Below, one piece after another: positions 11,764 to 24,914 of a DNA stretch of 64,000 nucleotides (position 1 is the stretch's first letter; every line of letters starts with the position of its first letter). The notes under the pieces were generated by a model. That model was not told the DNA's origin, searched no databases, and was given only the letters and a program-made list of their open reading frames with translations. A program made the translations under genes and the position numbers. Source of the DNA: Macrostomum lignano (lineage: Eukaryota); assembly GCA_002269645.1 (NCBI GenBank), contig NIVC01000376.1:434001-498000 (forward strand). Reading direction: 5' to 3'.

Positions 11764-14700
11764 ATGTCTGCAACTACAGATTCTAATAGCCGTCATCAGA
11801 GCCAGCAACAGACGCAGCAGCATAATCGCACCGAAGGCTTTGGCAATATGGTCCGCCCATTAGAGCATGTGAGGCTGGGTAAGGATGCATTCACTGCTGT
11901 GCCCATGGAGATGGTGCGGCAGCTGGGCGTCGATCATCAGGTGCTGGTGCAGGCGGCGCCTTCGCTTTCATCACAGAATAAATCAGCTCTGTGCCGGCCA
12001 TTGTCTGTCACTCGGTGCCTTCAGGCTGAGCCCATTGTCTCTGATGTTGATACTCAGGTAGGAAAGATCTCTGCCAAGTGTCTAATGAATAGGTTTTGGG
12101 CAAAAATTTATGGCTGTTATTTTTATAGATTTTCGAAGTACCTGAACTGACACTAGAACTAGCTTAACTGAGAACTGACACTAGGTCTAGCTGAACTGAC
12201 ACTAGGGCTAACTGAACTGACACTAGGGCTAACTGAACTGACACTAGAGCTAACTGAACTGACACTAGAGCTAACTGAACTGACACTAGAGCTAATTGAA
12301 CTGACACTAGGGCTGGTTGAACTGACACTAGAGCTAACTGAACTGACACTAGAGCTAACTGAACTGACACTAGAGCTAACTGAACTGACACTAGGGCTAA
12401 CTGAACTGACACTAGAGCTAACTGAACTGACACTAGGGCTAACTGAACTGACACTAGAGCTAACTGAACTGACACTAGAGCTAGCTGAACTGACACTAGA
12501 GCTAGCTGAACTGACACTAGAGCTAACTGGACTGACACTAGGGCTAACTGAACTGACACTAGAGCTAACTGAACTGACACTAGAGCTAGTTAACTGACAC
12601 TAGGGCTAGCTGAACTGACACTAGAGCTAGCTGAACTGACACTAGAGCTAGCTGAACTGACACTAGAGCTAGCTGAACTGACACTAGAGCTAGCTGAACA
12701 GACACTAGAGCTAAATGAACTGAGAACTGACACTAGAGCTAGCTGAACTGACACTAGGGCTAACTGAACTGACACTATGGCTAACTGAACTGACACTAGG
12801 GCTAGCTGAACTGACACTAGAGCTAGTTGAACTGACACTAGGGCTAACTGAACTGACACTAGGGCTAACTGAACTGACACTAGGGCTAGCTGAACTGACA
12901 CTAGAGCTAGCTGAACTGACACTAGAGCTAGCTGAACTGACACTAGAGCTAGCTGAACTGACACTAGAGCTAACTGAACTGAGAACTGACACTAGAACTA
13001 ACTGAACTGACACTAGAGCTAGTTGAACAGACACTAGAGCTAGCTGAACTGACACTAGAGCTAGCTGAACTGACACTAGAGCTAACTGAACTGACACTAG
13101 GGCTAGCTGAACTGACACTAGGGCTAGCTGAACTGACACTAGGGCTAGCTGAACTGACACTAGAGCTAACTGAACTGACACTAGAGCTAACTGAACTGAC
13201 ACTAGGGCTAACTGAACTGACACTAGGGCTAACTGAACTGACACTAGGGCTAACTGAACTGACACTAGGGCTAACTGAACTGACACTAGAGCTAGCCTAA
13301 CTGACACTAGAGCTAACTGAACTGACACTAGGGCTGGTTGAACTGACACTGGCACACAATATTCATACACCGAATACTCGCATGCAGACCACGGCCGATC
13401 CGCCCGCTGCCATATTCGGGGACGGTCGCCAGGGCCTGCTGCCATGCCCTGTGCCAGTCTACGCCCCGGTGCCAGTCCGTTTACGCGCCCAGCCAACTCC
13501 TCGCGGCGTACCGGTGTTTATACCGGTGCCAGTACCGGTCCCGTTCCTGGTGTTGCTGGAGACGCCAGCCCAAGCGGCAGCCGTTGCCGCCGATATGGCT
13601 GCCGCATTTGGCAGCTCAGTCAAGTCGACAACCGAAACCGCTGCCGCCGCCGCCCCAGCAGCCACGGCCGACAGCAGCCTGCAGGATGTACCGATGACCG
13701 CCAACGTTGCGGCGACTCAACAGTCAGCGGCGGCGGCGGCGGCGCGTAAACGACGCGCAGCCCAAGAGGCAACTCAACTGGTGGGTGGCTAAATGAGATT
13801 CGGTTGCTGCCCGACTGTTGGCAGTTCTAGTGGATTAAATAATCCCCTTCGTGGGTTTTAAGCCGCATTTTAGACTTAACTCCCATGAAGATCCCTTGAA
13901 AACCCATGTAAAATTCCCATGCTATAGATGTTTAAGAATCCCATTCTAGACTTGAGAAATCTCATCCTAGACTTGAGCAATCCCATCCTAGATTTGAGAA
14001 TCCCATCCTAGATTTAAGAAATCCCATCCGAGATTTGAGCAATCCCATCCTAGATTTGAAAATACCATCTTAGATTTGAGAATCCCATTCTAGATTTGAG
14101 AATCCCATCTTAAATTTGAGAAATACCATCCTAGATTTGATAATCCCATTCTAGATTAGAGACTCCCATCCTAGATTTAAGCAATCCCAACCTAGATTTG
14201 AGCAATCCCATCCTAGATTTAAGAATCTCATCCTAGATTTAAGAAATCCCATCCTAGATTTGAGCAGTCCCATCCTAGATTAGAGAATCCCATCCTAAAT
14301 TTGAGCAATCCCATCCTAGATTTGAGCAATTTCATCCCAGATTTGAGAAATCCCATCCTAGATTTGAGAATCCCATCCTAGATTTGAGCAATCCCATCCC
14401 AGATTAGAGACTCCCATCCTAGATTTGAGCAATCCCACCCTAGATTTGAGCAATCCCATCCTAGATTTGAGAATCCCATCCTAGATTAGAGAATCCCATC
14501 CTAGATTTGAGCAATCCCAACCTAGATTTGAGCAATCCCATCCTAGATTTGAGCAATCGCATCCTAAATTTGAGCAATCCCATCCTAGATTTGAGCAATC
14601 CCATCCTAGATTTGAGCAATCCCATTCTAGATTTGAGAATCCCATCCTAGATTTAAGAAATCCCATCCTAGATTAGAGAATCCCATCCTAAATTTGAGCA

Positions 14701-17700
14701 ATCCCATCCTAGATTTGAGCAATCCCATCCTAGATTTGAGCAATCCCATCCTAGATTTGAGCAATCCCACTCTAGATTTGAGAATCCCATCCTAGATTTA
14801 AGAAATCCCATCCTAGATTAGCGAATCCCATCCTAAATTTGAGCAATCCCATTCTAGATTTGAGCAATCCAATCCTAGATTTGAGCAATCCCATTCTAGA
14901 TTTGAGAAATCCCATCCTATATATTTGAGAATCCCATCCTAAATTTAGGAATTCTATTTATATCCAGGTTCAAGAATCCTGCCTGTAATCCAAGAATCCC
15001 ACCCCATCATTTGGCTGGATGTGAATCAACTTTTGTTTCAGATCATCGCCGCGAGCAAGCGGCCTCGCTCCTCCCTGGCGATGAGCCTGAAGTTCTCGTA
15101 CGGCCTGACAGCCTGGAAGAACTGGAGTAGAGCCACCACGGCGGCTGCCGCCAACTCCGGCACCGACTACGGCTTTGTGCCGCCAGATCCGGCCGAGCTG
15201 GACACTCTTGAACTGGCCGACGCTCTGGCTAGATTTGTCCGAGAAGTTCGCAAGCCGAGTGGAGAAGAATACGCCGCCGATTCAGTCTATTACCTTTGTC
15301 TGGGCTTGCAGGGTCACCTGGCTATCGACAGGGGCAGAGATGAGAACTTCTTCTGCGGTGGGCCAGTGTTTTACGAATTCTGCCACGCTCTGGACGGCGT
15401 GCTGGACCGGTGTGTTGCTGCACTGCGTTTGGCTTGTTCTGGCGGTTCTAGCTAGAGGATTTCAAGTGGGGAACTAGGATATTTTGTTGTTCAGTTGGGA
15501 CTAACGAGAGTGAGTTCCGGTGGGATAAATGAGAGTGAGTTCCGGTGGGATTAATGAGAGTGAGTTCCGGTGGGATAAATGAGAGTGAATTCCGGTGGGA
15601 TAAATGAGAGTGAGTTCCGGTGGGATAATTAATGAGAGTGAGTTCAGTTGGGATAAATGAGAGTGAGTTCAGTTGGGATTAATGAGAGTGAGTTCCGAGT
15701 GGGATTAATGAGAGTGAGTTCCGGTGGGATTAATGAGAGTGAGTTCCGGTGGGATAAATGAGAGTGAGTTCCGGTGGGATTATTGAGAGTGAGTCCCGGT
15801 GGGATTAATGAGAGTGAGTTCCGGTGGGATAAATGAGAGTGAGTTCAGGTGGGATAAATGAGAGTGAGTTCAGGTGGGATTAATGAGAGTGAGTTCCGGT
15901 GGGATAAATGAGAGTGAGTTACGGTGGGATAAATGAGAGTGAGTTCAGGTGGGATTAATGAGAGTGAGTTCCGGTGGGATAAATGAGAGTGAGTTCCGGT
16001 GGGATAAATGAGAGTGAGTTCAGGTGGGATTAATGAGAGTGAGTTCCGGTGGGATTAATGAGAGTGAGTTCCGAGTGGGATTATTGAGAGTGAGTTCCGA
16101 GTGGGATTAATGAGAGTGAGTTCCGAGTGGGATTAATGAGAGTGAGTTCCGAGTGGGATTAATGAGAGTGAGTCCCGGTGGGATAATTAATGAGAGTGAG
16201 TTCTGGTTGGATTAATGAGAGTGAGTTCCGGTGGGATAATTAATGAGAGTGAGTTCCGAGTGGGAATATTGAGAGTGAGTTCCGGTGGAATAAATGAGAG
16301 TGAGTTCCGGTGGGATTAATGAGAGTGAGTTCCGGTGGGATAAATGAGAGTGAGTTCAGGTGGGATTAATGAGATTAATCATATAAGAGGGGATCTCAGC
16401 CCACTGCATTACCTGACCCTCCCAACCTCGAACCAGCTATACGGCCCGAGTCACTGAGGACGGCACCCTGGTCTGCCGCATCGAGGAGCTGCACCTGTGG
16501 GAGTGCCGTCAGCTAGGATTCCACAGCGCTGACTCGCTGCTGTTTACTCTGTTCTACTTCCTGACTCGCTACGTCGGGCTGCACACCGCCCAGGAGCACG
16601 CCGCGCTCAGCCTGGGACAGTTTGCCCTGGTGCCCGCGCCCGGTGCCGCCAGCACCGACGGCAGCGGTGGCTCCTTTGCCCTGCGGTTCAGTCCGCAGAG
16701 TGGCTACGCCGCCGGCATGACTTACGAGCTGACGGAGGCTGCGGATCCGCTGAAGTGTCCGGTCAGATTGTTTCAGGTGAGCGACTCGCGGATGGGCTAA
16801 TACGGGACATTTCAGATGAGGATTTTCGATAATCGGGAAATGGGATCAAGGTTCTCATACCTGCATGAGGATAACTGGGATTAGGATTATTATATCTACA
16901 TGGGGATTAGTTCAGGATTATCATATCTACTAGGGGATTAGTTAGGGATTATCATATCTAGAGGGGGATTAGTTAGGGATTATCATATCTACAGAGGGAT
17001 TAGTTAGGGATTATCATATCTACATGGGGATTAGTTCAGGATTATCATATCTACAAGGGGATTAGTTAGGGATTATCATATCTAGAGGGGGATTAGTTCA
17101 GGATTATCATATCTACATACAGGGGGATTAGTTAGGGATTATTATATCTACAGGGGATTAGTTCAGGATTATCATATCTACAAGGGGATTAGTTAGGGAT
17201 TATCATATCTAGAGGGGGATTAGTTCAGGATTATCATATCTACATACAGGGGGATTAGTTAGGGATTATTATATCTACAGGGGATTAGTTCAGGATTATC
17301 ATATCTACAAGGGGATTAGTTAGGGATTATCATATCTAGAGGGGGATTAGTTCAGGATTATCATATCTACATACAGGGGGATTAGTTAGGGATTATTATA
17401 TCTACAGGGGATTAGTTCAGGATTATCATATCTACAAGGGGTTTGTTAGGGATCAAGCTTCGATCATCTGCTCAAAAAGAGGACTAGGGAACTGCTTACG
17501 GATTATCATTCCCGCTCTCCCAACCCTGGCTTTGTCCTGTGCAGGTTTACCTGGCTAAGCGGCCGCAATTTCCGGCCACTGTGGCCGGTCCGTCCGAGCC
17601 GTTTTACCTGCTGCCGGACAGACAGCGCGCCTGTGAGCCAACCGACCCGGTCTGGTACAGCCGCGAGGCCTGTCTGTCGGAGGCCGAGCTCAACCGTTGG

Positions 17701-17787
17701 CTCAATCGGATCAAATGCGTCAAGGAGATTCAAGAGGCCATTATGCACGCCCAGATGCAATGGAGCGTTGATCCTAATGCTATGTGA
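11764..17787 (+). CDS. ZMYM2/3/4-woc-like DUF3504 (Crypton-derived) protein, about 545 aa; exons 11764-12057, 13388-13780, 15042-15409, 16437-16776, 17545-17787
   Basis: All introns are GT-AG with consistent phases (0,0,2,0); Pro/Val motif PVPVYAPVPV..PVFIPVPVPVPF; LKFSYGLTAWKNW, FVREVRKPSGEEYAADSVYYLCLGLQ, IEELHLWECRQLG, DPLKCPVRLF, PVWYS, RIKCVKEIQE match the ZMYM C-terminal domain. Confidence 0.85.
12145..13348. repeat. 21-bp minisatellite (AACTGAACTGACACTAGAGCT) in intron 1 of the DUF3504 gene
   Basis: Direct tandem repeats visible. Confidence 0.95.
13945..14945. repeat. 20-21-bp minisatellite (GATTTGAGCAATCCCATCCTA) in intron 2
   Basis: Direct tandem repeats visible. Confidence 0.95.
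15507..16372. repeat. 25-bp minisatellite (GAGAGTGAGTTCCGGTGGGATAAAT) in intron 3
   Basis: Direct tandem repeats visible. Confidence 0.95.
16878..17450. repeat. About 30-bp minisatellite (GGATTATCATATCTACAGGGGATTAGTTCA) with higher-order periodicity, in intron 4
   Basis: Tandem repeats; four unit variants recur in a fixed order. Confidence 0.9.
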
Positions 17788-17924
17788 GAACTGGCGACTC
17801 TTGTTTTCTTTGAAATTCATGCTCAATCATTATTTTTGTTAATCCTTGGCTAACCAGGATTAGCAGTAATTTGCTATTGTTACCTAGTGTTGCTTCTTGC
17901 TAAATGGGAAAAATCATTTGATTA

Positions 17925-19470
17925 CTAGTGTGAATTATTGGTTGCTACAGTGTAAATCACTTGTAACTATAGTGTGAATAATTGTTCACTATAGTGTGAA
18001 TCTTTGGTTACTACAGTGTGAATCATTGGTTGTTACAGTGTGTGAATCATTGTTACTATAGTGTGAATCATTGGTTACTATAGTGTGAATAATTGGTTAC
18101 TATAGTGTGAATAATTGGTTACTGTAGTGTGAATCATTGTTACTATAGTGTGAATCATTGGTTGCTATGGTGTGAATAATTGGTTACTATAGTGTGAATA
18201 ATTGGTTACTGTAGTGTGAATCATTGTTACTATAGTGTGAATCATTGGTTACTATAGTGTGAATAATTGGTTACTGTAGTGTGAATAATTGGTTACTGTA
18301 GTGTGAATCATTGTTACTATAGTGTGAATCATTGGTTACTATAGTGTGAATAATTGGTTACTGTAGTGTGAATAATTGGTTACTGTAGTGTGAATCATTG
18401 TTACTATAGTGTGAATCATTGGTTACTATAGTGTGAATAATTGGTTACTGTAGTGTGAATAATTGGTTACTGTAGTGTGAATAATTGGTTACTATAGTGT
18501 GAATAATTGGTTACTATAGTGTGAATAATTGGTTACTATAGTGTGAATAATTGGTTACTATAGTGTGAATAATTGGTTACTATAGTGTGAATAATTGGTT
18601 ACTGTAGTGTGAATAATTGGTTACTATAGTGTGAATAATTGGTTACTATAGTGTGAATAATTGGTTACTATAGTGTGAATAATTGGTTACTGTAGTGTGA
18701 ATCATTGGTTACTATAGTGTGAATAATTGGTTACTGTAGTGTGAATCATTGGTTACTATAGTGTGAATAATTGGTTACTATAGTGTGAATAATTGGTTAC
18801 TATAGTGTGAATAATTGGTTACTATAGTGTGAATAATTGGTTACTATAGTGTGAATAATTGTTACTATAGTGTTAATCATTGGTTACTATAGTTTGAATA
18901 ATGGGTTACTATTGTGTGAATCATCGGTAACTATAGTGTGAATAATGGGTTACTATAGTGTGAATAATTGGTTACTATAGTGTTAATAATTGGTTACTAT
19001 AGTGTGAATAATTGGTTACTATAGTGTGAATAATTGGTTACTATAGTGTGAATGGGTTACTATAGTGTGAATAATGGGTTACTATTGTGTGAATAATTGG
19101 TTACTATAATGTGAATCATTGGTTACTATAGTGTGAATGGGTTACTATAGTGTGAATAATTGTTACTATAGTGTGAATAATTGGTTACTATAGTGTGAAT
19201 AATTGTTACTATAGTGTGAATAATTGGTTACTATAGTGTGAATGGGTTACTATAGTGTGAATAATGGGTTACTATTGTGTGAATAATTGGTTACTATAAT
19301 GTGAATCATTGGTTACTATAGTGTGAATGGGTTACTATAGTGTGAATAATTGTTACTATAGTGTGAATAATTGGTTACTATAGTGTGAATAATTGTTACT
19401 ATAGTGTGAATAATTGGTTACTATAGTGTGAATGGGTTACTATAATGTGAATCATTGGTTACTATAGTTT
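17925..19470. repeat. 22-bp minisatellite (TTACTATAGTGTGAATAATTGG)
   Basis: Direct tandem repeats visible. Confidence 0.95.
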
Positions 19471-20624
19471 GAATCATTTTTTGTAATAGTTGTGGCAATA
19501 TTGCTATGTACTCAATCAGTAATACTGTGTCACTTTATCTCCGGTTCATTCAATTTTGTTATTTTTAATCTCCATTGCTGACTTGTCTGTTTCCCTCATT
19601 CACAATATTTACAACTTAGTTAACTTATAAAATGCATGCAAACCAGTTACTTATAATGCTTATATAGGCAGCATACTAAATTAGATTACAATGCAAGCTT
19701 TAATAAGTAATTCTAATTAAAATAATGTCACTCTGTATTTGAACATTTATCGTCAATTGAATTTTTTTATATGCCAGCATTTGTAAAAAACCAACGCCTG
19801 AGGTTTCCTAGAAATCAATTTTTTCGTGTTTTTTTATTTTACACGAGGAACATTCTATAACTTCTACTGCTGGCAGTAGACTGAGTAGTATAATTAGCGT
19901 GTAAGATTGCACTGGGCAATTAGTTAATAGCTGGAGGCGGGGATTCTTCAGCAGCCAATAGCAGCCAGGCCCGGGTCAGTATTGGCTGCGGCCAAAATGC
20001 TAACAGGGCAAAGTGCGAGGAGGGGGGTCGAGCCATGGAATGCTTATATATAAGCCATATGCACAGATTTATTGTATTATTATTACATATAGAGGCCAGC
20101 AAAAAACCAAGGGCGGATGTAAAGCTTCCATCTGAGATTTCTGAGGCCATTATTAACAGAAGGTGAATTTGCCCTGGCGGCCGAAGCTCTACCAGCTGGT
20201 TACTGCTGTATTCTGTTTGTTGACACAACAAACCGTACTTGCGGAGGCCTGCTAACCTCTTCCTTACTTGCATAAATAATAGCGGTCAAGAAGCCCGTTT
20301 GCTTCCAGCTCCACTTTTCTTAACCAGCAAACTTAGGAAGACTTTTTTCGACAGCTTTTAATTGGATCGGCTTGCTCTCGACGGCGTCTGATCCCACCAG
20401 ACTGCATGCTGCACAGATTTTAGGGAATTCGATCCTTACTGACACTTGCTACAGTTGAATAAGAAGCGACCGGATAAACTGATAAGGAAAGTTCATCCTG
20501 TGGCGCTGAATTGGAACTGCGTTTTATTCAAGTCTCTTGAATTTATTTGGGTAAGTTGCCTGGCGATTCATTTTTTAAATGGGTTTACTTGTTTAAGAGG
20601 TTGCAAACATGTCAATTTTACAGT

Positions 20625-21262
20625 AGTTGTGTAGAACAGTCCCACAGAGTTGTGTAGAACAGTCCCATAGAGTTGTGTAGAACAGTCCCACAGATTTGTG
20701 TAGAACAGTCCCACAGAGTTGTGTAGAACAGTCCCACAGATTTGTGTAGAACAGTCCCACAGATTTGTGTAGAACAGTCCCACAGATTTGTGTAGAACAG
20801 TCCCATTGAGTTGTGTAGAACAGTCCCGTAGAGTTGTGTAGAACAGTCCCACAGAGTTGTGTAGAACAGTCCCACAGATTTGTGTAGAACAGTCCCACAG
20901 AGTTGTGTAGAACAGTCCCACAGATTTGTGTAGAACAGTCCCATTGAGTTGTGTAGAACAGTCCCACAGATTTGTGTAGAACAGTCCCATTGAGTTGTGT
21001 AGAACAGTCCCATTGAGTTGTGTAGAACAGTCCCACAGATTTGTGTAGAACAGTCCCACAGATTTGTGTAGAACAGTCCCATTGAGTTGTGTAGAACAGT
21101 CCCATTGAGTTGTGTAGAACAGTCCCATTGAGTTGTGTAGAACAGTCCCATTGAGTTGTGTAGAACAGTCCCATTGAGTTGTGTAGAACAGTCCCACAGA
21201 GTTGTGTAGAACAGTCCCATAGATTTGTGTAGAACAGTCCCATTGAGTTGTGTAGAACAGTC
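20625..21262. repeat. 23-bp minisatellite (GTTGTGTAGAACAGTCCCACAGA)
   Basis: Direct tandem repeats visible. Confidence 0.95.
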
Positions 21263-21781
21263 ACTTTAATATTCCCTTATTTCTGATTCTCCCCCCTCAT
21301 CATTTTTAAACCGAAGCCAGTGCTCGTTTCTGCTTATTAGCTGTCCTGCAAAATAGTTGGCAGGGCAATTTTCGACCGGGAAATTATCATGCTGCATCTT
21401 TTATCTTTCAAGGAGAAAAGAAATTGGTCTCTGCTGTGTGGAGCAGCTGAAAAAGAATTGACTTCAAAGGGTGCTGCTGGCTGCTTGGGGTTTAAAACCC
21501 GCGCTCTCCAGTCTTAATGATAATTGATCCTCAGACTAATTAATGTTTCATTCGGCTGCATGGGGATAGCAGCCGTTCTCAGGTCCTCTGCACAATTTTA
21601 CTGGGGAAAATTTTCCTCTCCTAAAAGAAAAGCGACAGTCATTGCATCTACCGGGTATGCATATATAGATAATCGTTTCTGAAAAGAGGTTTCTGCGCGG
21701 CTTGCCTTCGGAATCTGTTCCCCGGGTGATGATGCAGCCGTATACAGAAATTGAAGCCGTAAAAGTATGACGTGCATACAT

Positions 21782-22444
21782 GGGGTGCTGACCAGTTCGG
21801 CGACAAACAAATTCTGCGATAATCTAGGAAAATTCGGCGACAATTAATGAAGGAAAAACAATTGCGTATGATTTGGATAATTCCTTTTGTAGAATGGTAT
21901 TCTATAACTCAGATTAGCTTTCCCTATTTAACTAAGTTTGTTTTATCTATCATTTATTCTTAGTGAGTTTAAATTGTCCTTTCTAAGAAATGTTCGTTAA
22001 TTTCAGGCTGAGCGGCCTCGAAAGCAAAAACCTTTGGAACTTGGAAAAAACGCGAAAAATGATTTTCTCGTATGCCTAATACGGTCCTTCCATTGTTTAC
22101 AATGTCGGGGAAGGAATTCGCAAAAATATGCCACGCAAAGAAAAAAAACAAAATTAAAATATGTCAAATGGCCCCCATTCACCACTCACATTTCTCAAGA
22201 CGCGGGATTTCCAATTTAACAAAACAATTTTTCGGTTACTTTAACACGCTTATGCGGGCATTATTTCACATTTTTTAACTTTCACGTGTATTGTAAGAAA
22301 GCCTTTTTACATGTAATTTGCTTTAACTTGTCTTTAGGCTAGCTATAAAAAGACGTGTCTCCAAATTTGCCTAGATTGTCGCCGAATTTGCTTTCGCCGA
22401 ATTAGTCCATTGTGAATCTCTGTCGCCGAATTTGCGTGCATCCC
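21782..22444. mobile_element. Non-autonomous TIR element (MITE) with subterminal TTCGGCGACA repeats
   Basis: Left end GGGGTGC..TTCGGCGACA; right end is the reverse complement of GGGATGC..AATTCGGCGACA; flanking direct repeat ATACAT at 21776-21781 and 22445-22450. Confidence 0.6.
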
Positions 22445-22806
22445 ATACATGTATAATTGTATACACGGTCATATAAAAATGAATGGGACATCATTAAAAA
22501 TAAATGATTAATATTTAACTAAATTCGGGGCCTTCATCAACTTCTTCCAGTCCAAGTCTCTGGAAGGTCCTTGGTGGCAGAATCTTATACCAATTGACAG
22601 ACATGCCTCTAGTCCAGGTCTCTCCTGTCTCTAGAAGGTCCTTGGTGGCAGAATCTTATGCCAATTGACAGACATGCCTCTAGTCCACGTCTGTCAATTT
22701 CGGCCAACGAATAAAAAATTGCCTCTAGTCCAGATCTCCAGAAGGTCCTTAGTGGTAAAATTTGAATGTCAGACTCGAAAAGAGAGCGGTGGATAGTCGA
22801 TGGGTT

Positions 22807-23133
22807 TTATTTTTTTTTTTTTTTAGAGGCAGGGGGGTTGTGTGCACCCTGGCGCAATTTAAGCGTCATTGGCACACAACCGGCGAGAGGCATTACTGCC
22901 ATAGATACGCAGGCACACACTCACACAGGAGTGTACAGCGGCCCTAACTTTATCAATTGTTAGGCATGTACACTTCACTGCGTCTTGGGGGGTTGGCTCT
23001 CAAGGCCGTTAATTGCACAAGCGAGCCAAGCCAAGATTCCAATCCAGCCCCAAATTAATGTGGCTGCACTTGGAATCGAGCCTGGGTCGCGGCACACCAG
23101 AGCAGCTGCGCTACCGCTGGGCTACCGCCCCCC
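22807..23133 (-). mobile_element. tRNA-derived SINE with A-tail and 13-bp TSD
   Basis: Minus strand starts GGGGGGCGGTAGCCCAGCGGTA (A box) and contains GGCTCGATTCC (B box-like); ends in poly(A); TSD TAGTCGATGGGTT at 22794-22806 and 23134-23146. Confidence 0.85.
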
Positions 23134-23697
23134 TAGTCGATGGGTTAGAATTAATTAGTTTAATAAGCATAAACCCTTCAGAAAGTTAATCTAACTAATA
23201 GACCATTATTGTTGCCTAACTAAAAAAGGATATTTAATTGTTGGCCAAGTCTTCTTCCCCCAGTGTTCAAGTTTTTGGCATTTATAAGTTTGGCACTTAG
23301 CGGAGCGCGAGATGTTTTCTTATAAATTTCTATTTTAGAAGCACTCCGGCCGCTTATAGCTGTCCTTGAGCTCACTTGGCTTGAGCTTGACTCAAGTGCC
23401 AACGGCTGATGCTGCACTAGAGCGCAGCTGCTATGCTCTTCATCTTCTTGCAGTTCAGTGGCTTCTTTCTTTTCTTCTTTTACGCATTATTTCTTTACGG
23501 TCGCGCTCGGCGGGTGGGGAATTTCCTGTGCTTTCAATTGCCCGGGAGAAAAACGGTTGGGGGGGGGGGGGTGGCGGCTGCGGAGACCGCCGCTCCCAAC
23601 TGCTCAAAGTCAGATTGACAGTCTACAAGCAGAGTTGTGGGAAGGGACGTCAGTCAGCCAGTGGCCACAATGGACCTCCTTTGTCTGGGTGTGTGCG

Positions 23698-23862
23698 AGT
23701 GAGTAAGTGAGCGCGTGAATTAGTGAGCGAATGAGTGAGTGAGTGAATGAGTGAGTGAGCGAGTGAGTGAGTGAATGAGTGAGTGACTGAGTGACTGAGT
23801 GAGTGAGTGAGTGAGTGAGTGAGTGAGCGAGTGAGTAAGTGATCGTGATTGAGTGAGTGAGT
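23698..23862. repeat. (GAGT)n microsatellite
   Basis: Visible tetranucleotide repeat. Confidence 0.9.
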
Positions 23863-24067
23863 GCAGTTCCAGGACTTATCTAGGACACACCTTAGTAAAT
23901 TTCTGTTCACTGCTCACAAGCCATGATACTCAATTAAGCATGTATTTTGCTCTGTAAATGTTTTATTGAGTAAGAGAGTTGGTTGGCATCACAACGGACT
24001 TTTCCATTCTGTCACAACAGTATTTCCTGTCTTTCACTATACAGCATTTCTACTGTCTCTAACTGCA

Positions 24068-24375
24068 ATATCTCCAGTCTGTAACTACAGTATTTCCCGG
24101 TCTGAAATTACAGTACCTCCAGTCTGTAACTACAGTATTTCCCGGTCTGAAATTACAGTATCTCCAGTCTGTAACTACAGTATTTCCAGTCTGTAACTAC
24201 AGTATTTCCAGTCTGTAACTATAGTATATCCAGTCTGTAACTACAGTATCTCCAGTCTGTAACTACAGAATTTCCCGGTCTGTAATTACAGTATCTCCGG
24301 TCTGTAACTACAGTATTTCTGGTCCGTAACCGCAGTATCTCCGGTCTGTAACTACAGCATTTCCGGTCTGTAACT
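24068..24375. repeat. 21-bp minisatellite (TCCAGTCTGTAACTACAGTAT)
   Basis: Degenerate tandem repeats. Confidence 0.85.
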
Positions 24376-24914
24376 GAACAGACCCTCCACGTTCTGTCAG
24401 TACAGTGTTTCAATTATCATAACAGCATATTTTATTACAGCACTCTCTATTTCTGGCTGTCACAACAGCACTTCCCCAGATTACAATTTTAGGAAAAAAC
24501 CAACCTCTTTCCGAAGCAAATTTGAATCGGCACAGAAATACCCAATTCCCATAAAAAAAAGTAAATCCTCGAAAAATGGAAGCTTTTAATGTTACCCAAA
24601 ATTCTCCCATGTATTCGATGCCAGTTTTATGGGGCAGGTTCGAAGACTGCAAGAACTGCAAATCCAGAGGCACGAAGGAGGAAGTTCGTGGCTCCTTGTT
24701 GCCATGCGGAATTAGAAACAAAAAACTGCTTCATAAAGCTCGAGAAAAATTAAGAAAAATTAGAAGCTTCCTTCATCAAATCGCTTCATCAGAGAACCGG
24801 GCCAGCAAACCGCGTGGCTCGCGGCTGGATTTCGGGTCAAAATGTTTATAGAGGCATCATCCCTTGATTTCTGTGCATTTCTCCTCTCTGGGTTCAGGTA
24901 TGCCGCTCCCTGCG

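Noticed and set aside
23060-23133. Possible tRNA gene on the minus strand
   Set aside because: A and B boxes are present but no convincing cloverleaf; it continues into a body with poly(A) and a TSD, so it is a SINE head
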